Of a stretch of DNA of 64,000 nt, positions 9,807 through 19,611 are shown piece after piece. Within the stretch, counting starts at the first letter, position 1. The number at the start of each line of letters is the position of its first letter. The stretch is taken from contig CAVOID010000011.1 of the NCBI GenBank assembly GCA_963695875.1, positions 96,001-160,000 of the forward strand. The letters run 5' to 3'. The notes beneath the pieces are model-generated. The model was not told where the DNA came from and searched no databases. It saw nothing but the letters and a program-made list of their open reading frames with translations. The translations under genes and the position numbers were made by a program. The stretch comes from an uncultured delta proteobacterium. Lineage in GTDB: Bacteria > Desulfobacterota > Syntrophia > Syntrophales > UBA2185.

Positions 9807-10827
9807 TGAGACCCGTTTTTATGAAGTGGCTGGCCGGGAAACGCGAATTGATGTTGAAGATAAAGTCGTTTGTTGGCAGGGAAAAGGAACAAGCGATTAT
9901 ACACTTGAGCAATGCCGTTTCGCGTGCCACACTCGTGATGAGTCGAATAGCCAAAACAATATACGGCAGGCTGAGAAAAATTGTAAAAGACTTGAGCGGC
10001 GTCGTTTCCAGCGGATATCCGTATTACAGGCATTCGCTGCCGGTGCGCATTATGCACTGGAGCAATGTTGTTTTGCTTGCCATACTCCTGATGAGCGGTC
10101 TCAATATTTTCAACGCCCATCCGGCGCTCTACTGGGGCAAGTCAGTCTTACAGCGGCGTTCCCCCCGTATTGGAGTTGCGGGGCAAAGAAGACGATGAAG
10201 GAGAAATCTCCGGCGTCACCCGCATCTTCGGCCACGAATTCGATACAACCGGATTCCTCGGCGCCTCCAGAGACGCGGCGGGAGAATTAACCGAACGTGG
10301 CTTCCCATCCTGGCTTACCATACCCGACTGAGCGATGGCTTGCCATGGCGCGGCGCTGGCACTTTTTTATCGCCTGGCTGCTCGTGGTAAACGGCATCAC
10401 CTTTGTGACCTACTCCATTGTGAGCAGGCATTTGCATCGTGATCTTGTTCCCACGAGGCAGGATTGGCGTTCGATAGGCAGATCGATTATCGATCATCTG
10501 CGCTTTCGACATCCCACAGGCGAGGCGGCCAAGCACTACAACGTACTGCAGAAATGCGCCTATCTGGTGGTGATCTTTTTCCTTCTCCCCCTGATGATCC
10601 TGATGGGACTGGGTATGTCGCCGGCGCTGGACGCATTGTTCCCCGGCTGGGTGGATATCTTTTCCGGCCGACAATCCGTAAGGACGATCCATTTCGTTGT
10701 CGCCTGGGCGCTGGTGCTGTTCGTGATCATTCACGTGTTTATGGTAATCGTCAGCGGCTTCTGGAACAACCTTCGCTCGATGATTACAGGATACTACAGG
10801 ATCGAATCGGAGGCGGATCATGAGTGA
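9806..10827 (+). CDS. Cytochrome b/b6-domain membrane protein (Ni-hydrogenase cyt b type), split by indels
   Basis: RHSLPVRIMHWSN, SGLNIFNAHPALYWG, ARRWHFFIAW, YNVLQK, RTIHF, IHVFMV. Confidence 0.85.
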
Positions 10828-11596
10828 TGACAACAAGCTCACCCGGCGTAGTCTCATGACGCGCCTTCTTGCCGGCGCAAGCGTAGTGGTGCTTAGCGGC
10901 TGCGAAAAACTTTCGGAAACCACCTGGTTTCCCAAGGTGTTGGGTTTAGGCGAAAAGGCTACGTATAAAATTCAAAGGCTGGTCCTGCCGCGCAAAGCGA
11001 TGGCGCAGGAATTCACAGAAACCGACCTGTCACCGCAATTCCGCAGCAACGGGACATCAATGCCGAATAATCCAACATACATGGCGCTGGCAGCCAAAGG
11101 ATTTACGGACTATCGCCTCGAGGTGGGCGGTCTGGTTGAACGGCCCATGACTTTTTCGCTTGCCGACATTCGAAAGTTTCCCAGTCGCACCCAGATAACG
11201 CGCCATGATTGCGTTGAGGGGTGGAGCGCAATAGGCATGTGGAAGGGGGCGCGCCTCAGCGCGCTGCTCGAAGCAGTACATCTGAAGCCCAATGCCCGTT
11301 ATGTCGTTTTCCACTGCGCAGACCCGATGGAAGAAGATGGCAGCTCCCCCTATTACGAGAGCATCGACCTGGAAGACGCTTTTCACCCGCAGACGATACT
11401 CGCTTATGAACTGAACGGCAAACCATTGCCAATCCAGAACGGCGCACCGCTTCGCTTGCGATTGGAGCGGCAGCTTGGCTACAAAATGGCGAAGTATGTC
11501 ATGCGCCTTGAAATCGTCGAAGATTTTTCCGGGATAGCCGGGGGGAAAGGGGGTTACTGGGAAGACCAGGGATACGAGTGGTATGCCGGCATCTAA
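10820..11596 (+). CDS. Molybdopterin-dependent oxidoreductase (sulfite oxidase/MsrP-like), Tat lipoprotein
   Basis: LTRRSLM Tat motif, VLSGC lipobox, TRHDCVEGWS, NGAPLRLRLERQLGYKMAKY, GGYWEDQGYEWYAGI. Confidence 0.9.
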   Translation: MSDDNKLTRRSLMTRLLAGASVVVLSGCEKLSETTWFPKVLGLGEKATYKIQRLVLPRKAMAQEFTETDLSPQFRSNGTSMPNNPTYMALAAKGFTDYRLEVGGLVERPMTFSLADIRKFPSRTQITRHDCVEGWSAIGMWKGARLSALLEAVHLKPNARYVVFHCADPMEEDGSSPYYESIDLEDAFHPQTILAYELNGKPLPIQNGAPLRLRLERQLGYKMAKYVMRLEIVEDFSGIAGGKGGYWEDQGYEWYAGI

Positions 11597-11910
11597 GAAG
11601 TCCTGACAATAACACGGAGGATAGTTTCAAGAGCATCATCAACGGGTCAGGAATAGGGACATCCTTTACATATTTACATTTGCAAAATGGATCATATGAT
11701 TCTTCATGATCTATCTCAATCCCGCGGGTGAATCAAAACCGCGCCAACAATCCACAATGTAGAGCATTTCAATCGATAATCTTCATTATCCACTTCATGG
11801 TGATGTTCACACTTTGTAGGTGCTATACGTAACAAAATGGTGATTGCAACTTAGGTTTATTAGGTTCATCATCTATCTGTATTTCCTATTGAATCACAGG
11901 AAAGGAGATA

Positions 11911-13080
11911 GTGATGGACCAGATGGCCATAGAAAATTGCAGTATCGTTTCAGCGAAAGAATCCCTGCCGGAATTTGGAATCAATGATCGACAGGCAGGG
12001 TTTCTCCCATCCATTATTTTACCCGAGATCTATAGAGGAAAATCAGGGAAGGTAGTTTATCCTGCGTACACGCAGGAGGCAAAAGCTCTTCACTGGGCAT
12101 TGGATCGCCTTGCAGGCTGGGAATTGCCGGGCAAAGAGCATGTTGAGGAATATTTTCGGAGCATGTATCGGCGGAACTTCCGACCGAGGACATACGCCAG
12201 TGCTCTGACTGCTATTTACGACTTCCTCACCGGTGTCAGGGATTCGGGAAAGACCTGTCTGGAAGAGATCACCAAGCGTGACATTGAAGCTTTTATTGAA
12301 CATGAGCAGGATCGCGGTTTGATGCTATCGACGGTGCGGACGAAACTGCACTGCGTCAATGCTTTTTTGGGTTATGCGATTGACGCAGGGGTTGTCAGCG
12401 CTGATGTCCTGGCAAGAAGGATTCGCCTGAAAAAGCCCGAGACATTGCCGCGGGCCATGGATCCGGACGATGTGAAGCAATTACTCTCCGTTATCGATAA
12501 TCCGAGAGACCGGGCCATGATCATGGTTCTTTTACGGACGGGGATGAGAATCGGCGAGCTGCTCAACACCAAGATGCAGGATCTTCACCTCAGGGATCGC
12601 AGGATTGATATTTACGAGGGAGAAAAGAACCGGCTAGGGACGGGTTGTTTATCTCAGTGATGATGCGATGAGTGCTTTGAAGGCATGGCTCAAGATGAGA
12701 GACGCCTCATAAGGAGTTTCTCTTTTACGCCACAGGGCAGGAAAAGCATGTCCTATAGTACGGCCCATCTTATCTTTGAACAGTATCTCACGAAAGCCGG
12801 TCTTACCCATAAGGGGTATTCCCTTCATGCGCTTCGGCATACCTTTGCCAGTGAGCTTCTCAATGCCGGCATGCGGATCGAGTGTCTTCAGCCGTTGATG
12901 GGGCATACCTCTCTGGATGTGACACGGCGCTATGCCCGGCTCACGGACAAGACCAGGGAGGAAGAGTACTTCAGAGCCATGACGATTATAGAAAGGGGGG
13001 AGATTGATGGCCATTACCGATGCGATCATCAGGTACAGGCGTTTCTTGAAGAGAAGGAACGTCTCACCGAATACCGTTAA
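11911..13080 (+). CDS. Tyrosine recombinase A (indel near 12645)
   Basis: TGMRIGEL, GEKNR, HALRHTFA, MGHTSLDVTRRY. Confidence 0.9.
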
Positions 13081-13901
13081 GAACTATTTGAACGGCCTGA
13101 AACATTTTGTTCTCTGGCTTGATGTGCCGATCGAGGAAGCCACATACCGGAAGATTATTGCGTATATGGATTATCTCGCTCGGCAAACGGTTAAAGCCAA
13201 AGACGATCAACTGTTATCTCAACAGCGTATGTCAGTTTTATCACTACCTCTCGGAAGAAGAGGAAGTCCCGATCGTCAACCCGGTGAAGAAGCCGAATAT
13301 CATGAAGCTCCCCAGGGGACTTCCCAAGCATCTGAAAGACGAGCAGATAGAGATCCTCTTCAAGAATCTGAAAGGGCCAAGGGATCGAGCCATGTTCATG
13401 ATTATGCTCCGATGCGGATTACGGGTGGAAGAAGTGGCCCATCTTTCCCTCGGCAACATTGATCTTAAACGCAGAATCCTGCTTATCCAGGACGGCAAGG
13501 GCGCCAAGGATCGGATTGTCTATATCAGCAACGATGCCCTTCCTGCTCTCCTGGAATATCTCAGGGTGAGACCGGCAAATAAAGTAAAAAAGGTCTTTCT
13601 GGTAGAGAAAGGGCCTCTTACCGGACAGCCTATATCCATTCGCGGCATCCAGAAACGGATGGAATATTATGCCCGCAAAACAAACCTGAGAATCTCCTGT
13701 CATCATCTTCGCCATACGATGGCCACACAGATGTTGAATGCCGACACCGATCTCTCTACGATCCAGGATCTCCTGGGGCACAACTCCATCAGAACAACGC
13801 AACGTTACTGCCGGATATCAAACCCGAAAGTACGAAGGGATTACTTCAAAGCCATGGAGGTCATCATGCAACGAACGGCTGGCAACCCAGATAATCCTTG
13901 A
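13007..13901 (+). CDS. Tyrosine recombinase B (indel near 13180)
   Basis: CGLRVEEV, GKGAKDR, HHLRHTMA, LGHNSIRTTQRY. Confidence 0.9.
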
Positions 13902-14231
13902 CGAAAGAACAAAACTATGAAATCTTAAACACAACTTAACACATTAATATCAATAGGAAATACAGATTATGTTACGTATAGGTAGGTGAACTAACAACAA
14001 CCCCCGTTTTACCGCTTCCTTCCTATTATTCACGAATCGCCAACCTAAATGAAGATGGAGGGTTTCAACCCGTAATCGTTCATGTTGTTTAATTAATTAT
14101 TATGATATGAATTATAGAAATCTATACTTTCGGTTCTGTGAGAGCTTGGGGCCTCCCAGAGTATCTAGGCGTCTATCTCGGTTGGCGATCCGTAGCCGCA
14201 CCATATATTAAAAACAATAGCAGTTTAAGTT

Positions 14232-14857
14232 ATGAAGATTTTTAATAAAATATTAAGCTATAAAGATAAATATAATCTTAAGAAAAAATTAGTTGAAATA
14301 GAAAAACAAATAGATCACACCTATAAGCCAGCCAAGGATATTTGTTTGTCAATTGTGCAGGCAGCAGAAAATTGTAAGCTGATTTTAAGAACAGACTTGG
14401 GTTTTGAAGATAAAAAGAAAAAGACCTTGCTGAAATGTTGGTATTTTATGAGTACCTTTATTTTTTCATACATCTAACACTAAGATTAGCATTTGGTAAA
14501 TTTACAGAAACACAAATAAAGAAATTGCGAGAATATATGGGGCCGGTAATTGTTGGCGCCGCAATTGATTCATACACAATGGATTGGCCAAAAGATTTGA
14601 AAGAAGGTGTGAAAAAAGAATTTTATGACAAATTAAACCAGGCTGAGCTTGAATATTCAGAGTGCAAGGTTATATTAGACAGGGATAGACCATTTTCCGA
14701 TAATGCTCTGTTTACTAAATTAGCAAAAAATATAACAGAGCTTACGGGACATAATAATAATCCGTTAAAGATAGTAGAAATAATATTAACATCAATAGAA
14801 GAATATGCGAAAATGGATTTGAATAAGTTAGTAGATGAGGCAGCAAACACATTATAG
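14232..14857 (+). CDS. AT-rich hypothetical protein (two overlapping ORFs, probably one gene with an indel near 14420)
   Basis: ORFs 14232..14477 and 14435..14857; markedly low GC. Confidence 0.55.
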
Positions 14858-14973
14858 CAAGGCAGTCGACCGGGCAGCCTCATAGCCGCCGATGAGTTTA
14901 GTCGTGTATTTCAAGTCGTAATCATCGGTAGAATATCATCACATGAATTAAGGACTTGTAGATACCGTTCTTG

Positions 14974-15943
14974 TCAAGCGAAAATTGGCTTATAATTTGG
15001 ATCATACATTTTCCCGGATTTCAGGACTCCAAAGATAACGTGAACCAGTTTCCGCATAATCGCACAGACAATCACTTTCCCATTTTTGCCTTTATCTTTT
15101 AGGCGGTTATAAAAAGCGATCATAACAGGATTGCATTGAATCGATACCAATGCCGGCATGTACAGGGCTTTCCTGAGCCGTGCATGTCCGATTTTGCATA
15201 ATCTGGGTTTGCCTTTAATAGATGATCCTGAGAGCGTTTCCTTCGGTGCGAGTCCGATGAATGCCACCATTTCACGAACATGGTTGAATTTTTCCAGATC
15301 ATCTAATTCTGCCAGGATGTGAGGAATGGTTACCTTACCAATAGCGGGAATAGAATCCAGCAAATCCTTTTTCCGTTTAAGATTTGGATTTTGTCCTATC
15401 AGATCGGCAATTTGTTTTCTGATTTTTTCAATCTCCTGATCCAAATAAGCGATATGTTCTTTGATCAAAAGAGATGACAGATTCATGTGCCGTGCTGATC
15501 CGATTCTTCTCCTGGCTTCGCATGTCGATCAGGCTATCAACCCGTCTGACCAGAGCTCTCAGGGATCTGATCTCCGGTGAAGGTGGAATCCATGCACCTG
15601 GTTTCATAGCCAGACAGAACCGGGCAATCAAGGCGGCATCAAGCTTATCCGTCTTGGTGCGAATCAGTTCACTCTGAGCAAATCCCTTGATCCGGGCGGG
15701 ATTGACAATGCTGACAATGTGGCCGGCTTCATGAAGATAGATCGCCAGATCCTCTCCATAGTTGCCCGTGGCTTCCAGACAGGCATGGACCTTTTGAATT
15801 CCCTGTTTCTCAAGCCAGAGCCTCAACGTCTCAAAACCTTCTGCCGAATTCTTGCAGGTCTTATGTTTTGTCTTCCCATCTACAAGAAGTGCGGCATCGA
15901 ATTTCTGTTTCGCAATATCTATCCCAAGAACCGATACTGACAT
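14974..15943 (-). CDS. IS110 recombinase/transposase (indel near 15475)
   Basis: GIDIAK, CLEATG, KTDKLDA (DEDD RuvC) and GLAPKETLSGSS (Tnp serine motif). Confidence 0.95.
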
Positions 15944-15990
15944 ATAAATACCCCTCTTAAATAAATATTACCCTTCAGTAAAATAGCTTC

Positions 15991-16165
15991 GTTCGAATCA
16001 ACCTTGCAAGTGCAAACTCATTCCCATCTGAGAAGGTTTATGATACCGTACGAGTTATTGAACAAAGCAGTGGGAAGAGGATCTACTCTACAAACCATGC
16101 TCTCTGGCATCAGGTGAAACACAGATTCACTCCTCCCATTTTACCCCGGCGTCCCAGGGTAGTTT
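15991..16165 (-). ncRNA. IS110 bridge RNA (5' hairpin, target-binding loop, donor-binding loop)
   Basis: Hairpin 16141-16162. LTG GTTTCACCT (16112-16120), RTG TTTGTAG (16088-16094), LDG ACGGTATC (16042-16049) and RDG TGCAAG (16003-16008) match the element's own target and donor. Confidence 0.8.
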
Positions 16166-16363
16166 ATAACATTCATTAATCCATAAGAACACAAGGTGTA
16201 GCCGAGCAGTCATCCGGAACTTAATTCAGCAATATACATCGAGCAAAGTTTTAATCATCGCAGTTTATTCGTTCCAATACTTGAAATTTTATATTAACTC
16301 AGTTAATCAGAATCGTTGTCGCTTTGACAGATGTGTGGAGATGAGGAAGAAAAAAATCCTTGA

Positions 16364-16399
16364 GCTGCATATAATGTAGCCGTCGAAGATTATCATTGA
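16364..16399 (+). pseudogene. C-terminal remnant of a HigB toxin
   Basis: AAYNVAVEDYH* (HigB-type DYH end) directly before higA, preceded by an in-frame stop. Confidence 0.65.
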
Positions 16400-16410
16400 A
16401 AAGGATTATT

Positions 16411-16728
16411 ATGAGAACACGAAAAAGACCGCCATCTCATCCGGGATCGATTCTCAAGCTTCATTACTTGGACCCGTCAGGAATCAGCGTTACAGATCTT
16501 GCGAAGGATCTGAGATTGTCGAGAAAAACAGTATCCAAAATATTGAACGAACGTGGCGCTGTGACAACGGATGTTGCCTTGCGGTTGTCCAGAGCGTTTG
16601 ATACTACTCCTGAATTATGGTTGAACCTTCAGAGAAATTACGATCTCTGGCATACGGCGAATGAAACGACTGATTGGCAGGCAATAAGACCTATACTTGA
16701 AAATTGCACATGTAAGCGCATAAGGTGA
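16411..16728 (+). CDS. higA: HigA-family antitoxin (HTH)
   Basis: PPSHPGSIL...LRLSRAFDTTPELWLNLQRNYDLW. Confidence 0.9.
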   Translation: MRTRKRPPSHPGSILKLHYLDPSGISVTDLAKDLRLSRKTVSKILNERGAVTTDVALRLSRAFDTTPELWLNLQRNYDLWHTANETTDWQAIRPILENCTCKRIR

Positions 16729-16857
16729 GATTTAACCGCCGCGCGACCCATTGAAGCGGAGAGCTAATAAGACTGATTAAAAAGATGTATAAATTTTTTA
16801 CTAAATAGAGATGATCAAGCATATCAACCCGGATTGACAATTACGCCTTATCTCATT

Positions 16858-17551
16858 ATGAAAAAATTACTCTGTTTTGCCCATCGCGGCGCGTCAGGTC
16901 ATGAACCGGAAAATACATTACTTGCAGTAGAAAAAGCCATCGTCCTGGGCGCTGACTGGATCGAAGTGGATGTGTATGCCGTGGAAGGTGAGTTGATCGT
17001 CATCCACGATGAAAGGCTCGAACGCACGACAAACGGCACCGGCTGCGTGATGGATAAGACATTGGCATACCTTCGATCCCTTGATGCGGGCAAAGGCCAG
17101 CGCATTCCCACCCTCCGCGAAGTATTCGATTGTGTTGATCGCAGAGTCGGAATAAATGTTGAGCTGAAAGGCCCTGATACAGCCGGTTTGGCAGTTTCTC
17201 TAATTGATGAGTATGTAAGTCATAAGGGCTGGAATTACGATACAGTTTATTTTATCCTCGTTCAGTCACCGCGAGTTAATAAAGGTTAAGAAACTCGATC
17301 CTTACATAAAGATCGGTATTATTATAGGCGGTCGCCACCGACGATATAAAAAATTGACCCGGCAATTGGCCACCTATTCTGTACACCCCCACATTGATCT
17401 CGTGACTGCAGAATTCATAACAGACGCACATCAGCGTGGTCTCAAAGTGTTTGTCTATACAGTAAATCACCCTGACGATATCGCACGATTGGAAGCAATG
17501 GGAGTTGACGGGATATTCACAGACTTTCCCGAACTTGTCACCAAGAGATGA
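16858..17551 (+). CDS. glpQ: Glycerophosphodiester phosphodiesterase (indels near 17250-17350)
   Basis: AHRGASGHEPENTL, IEVDV, IHDERLERTTNG, VELKG, VYTVN, GVDGIFTDFP. Confidence 0.88.
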
Positions 17552-17574
17552 TATCTCTGCAAAGGATTCGTATT

Positions 17575-17683
17575 GCCATTTCGAGCCCTCGCATTCGCTG
17601 AGGGGAGACTCATCGTATGGATGAATCTTGATAAATATTTCTCCCGGAGTTTACCCTGAGTAAACCGAAGGGTCGATATGACA
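17575..17683. repeat. REP-like palindromic element
   Basis: tgccatttcgag...atttctc...ggtcgatatgaca imperfect inverted ends, between convergent genes. Confidence 0.55.
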
Positions 17684-17799
17684 TGGTGGGTCGAGATTAT
17701 CTTTGGAACAAAAAAAACCGCCGCAGCCATATAACCTCGAAGGAAGAAGAGATTTCTATGACTGCGACGGGGGGGTGTCAAAAAGCGAAGCGGTTACTA

Positions 17800-18606
17800 C
17801 TACTTCTTACCGAACAGCTTCGGCGTATTTATATCAAGCTGGATGGTCCATTTCCATGCACCGTTGAGGTTTGAGTCATTAAACCATACTGGCCCGGTCA
17901 GAAGGGATATGTCTTTGGTGAAATAGTAATAAAGACCAACGCCTCCTCCTCCGATAGCATTATTGCCGGAAGCATAGTCAGCCGCAAGGACAAGCCTGTT
18001 AAACTCATTGCCTTCCTTGTCCTTCACCGACCAAAATCCACGATCGAATGCGACCATAAAGCCAACATTTTGATTATCTCCGGTAAGGCTGTTTTTCAGC
18101 ACTGAACTGTTCCCTATGTATGGTCCTGCGGAAAGCCTGCATCCGATAATGGGTATAGTCTTACCGATCACCCCATACACAATATTCTGGTTGGTGCCAT
18201 TACTTTGGCCTTCATCATTTGCCTTGGTCCCGACATTGAAGATTCCCACTTGTAGAGCTGGCGCACCCTTAAATAGAGCATCTTCCGGAGCACCGATCTT
18301 GGCATTAAAAAACCATGGAAAATCGGAAGGCTGCAAATAGTCTGCCCCTATCTCCATTTGAATTTTTTCAAAGGGAAGCACTCCAATGGTAAGCCCGGCG
18401 TCCGTCGGGAAGGAATGGGGGTTGCTTCCTTCGTCGGTATTTTTGTTAACAGTGAAGTAGTTGTCCACGCCTATATGAAGAACACCGAAAGGCTGGATGT
18501 CCGGGGTCATTGGTGTCCAGAAGGTCGTTGAAGGGGTCGTATGTCCAATACCGGACAACAGAAACAATAATAAAAAACTCATTACCACCATTTTTGCAAA
18601 TTTCAT
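17800..18606 (-). CDS. Exported hypothetical protein, possible outer-membrane beta-barrel
   Basis: Signal peptide; Gly/aromatic-rich alternating strands; C-terminal WTIQLDIN. Confidence 0.7.
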   Translation of the reverse strand: MKFAKMVVMSFLLLFLLSGIGHTTPSTTFWTPMTPDIQPFGVLHIGVDNYFTVNKNTDEGSNPHSFPTDAGLTIGVLPFEKIQMEIGADYLQPSDFPWFFNAKIGAPEDALFKGAPALQVGIFNVGTKANDEGQSNGTNQNIVYGVIGKTIPIIGCRLSAGPYIGNSSVLKNSLTGDNQNVGFMVAFDRGFWSVKDKEGNEFNRLVLAADYASGNNAIGGGGVGLYYYFTKDISLLTGPVWFNDSNLNGAWKWTIQLDINTPKLFGKK

Positions 18607-18990
18607 TATTAGCTCCTTTCTAGATATAAAATATTTCCATCGTAAAACAGTGCCAGATAATTCTCACTTCTAATATGTAGTTAATCAAAAGACATGCCAT
18701 AAAGGATGATCACTGATATTTAAAATAACTATCAGATAATATTATGCTTTTTTCTTTTGTTATATTGGATGAAAAATTAGAATAAAGTACATAAATGTCT
18801 ATTACCACACTGAAGACAACGAAATTGTGTTACATTTGTGTTACACTTATTAAATGATTTATTTTTTTTGCTTGAAAATTAATTCATGAATTCCTATATG
18901 TGATATTCACCTTTCTTCATGTAGGTTCGGCGAGGTATTAAAAATAGTTCAAATAGTTGCAATAAGAAATATTACGCAGAGGAAAGACCT

Positions 18991-19611
18991 ATGGCAAAGC
19001 AAGGCAAGACTGTCCATCTACAAAAAGGAGACGCCCTGTCGGTAACGGATATGCAGAATGATTTTTTGCCGGGAGGGGCTCTTGGCGTTCCTGATGGGGA
19101 CAAGATTATTCCTTATGTGAATCGTGCTGTAGCGTTATTTAAAAAAAACAGCCTCCCGATTTTTTTCACCCGGGACTGGCATCCGCCCGATCATTGCTCC
19201 TTTAAAGACCAGGGAGGGCCATGGCCTCCCCATTGCGTTCAAAATACAGCAGGCGCCGATTTTTCCTCCGAACTGAATATTCCGAAAGGATCCACCATCA
19301 TATCGAAAGGCTCGGAGAAGGATAGTGAGCAATACTCAACATTGGGGGGACGGGATGCAGATGGCAATACGGAGAACGGTCTAATGAAAAAATTAGGGAT
19401 CAGGAGGATATTTATCGCCGGTCTTGCTACCGATTATTGTGTGCTGAATTCCGTAAAGGATGCACTGGCCGAAGGCTACGAAGTTTATGTTCTAACCGAT
19501 GCGGTCCGCGCCGTGGATGTAAACCCGGGTGACGGGGAAAGAGCACTGGAAGAAATGATTCGGGCGGGAGCGAAAACTATAACGTCTGAAGAGCTTCGAG
19601 AAAGAAAATGA
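18991..19611 (+). CDS. pncA: Nicotinamidase/pyrazinamidase
   Basis: DMQNDFLPGGAL, TRDWHP, WPPHCVQ, GLATDYCV. Confidence 0.95.
   Translation: MAKQGKTVHLQKGDALSVTDMQNDFLPGGALGVPDGDKIIPYVNRAVALFKKNSLPIFFTRDWHPPDHCSFKDQGGPWPPHCVQNTAGADFSSELNIPKGSTIISKGSEKDSEQYSTLGGRDADGNTENGLMKKLGIRRIFIAGLATDYCVLNSVKDALAEGYEVYVLTDAVRAVDVNPGDGERALEEMIRAGAKTITSEELRERK

Larger units (their letters stand above)
11823..13981. mobile_element. Two-tyrosine-recombinase element with terminal inverted repeats and a 7-bp flanking direct repeat
   Basis: IR ctatacgtaacaaaat (11823-11838) / attatgttacgtatag (13966-13981); inner 18-bp perfect IR at 11875-11892 / 13950-13967; GTAGGTG at 11816-11822 and 13982-13988. Confidence 0.85.
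14960..16195 (-). mobile_element. IS110-family (IS621-like) insertion sequence bounded by CT cores
   Basis: On the minus strand: ...GCTACAC-CT-TGTGT [LE, tnp] ...TTGACAAGAACGGTAT-CT-ACAAG...; no terminal IR. Confidence 0.9.

Noticed and set aside
14855..14906. Degenerate attC after the AT-rich orphan gene
   Set aside because: It lacks both the AAC and GTT core triplets and pairs weakly. No integron integrase is present.
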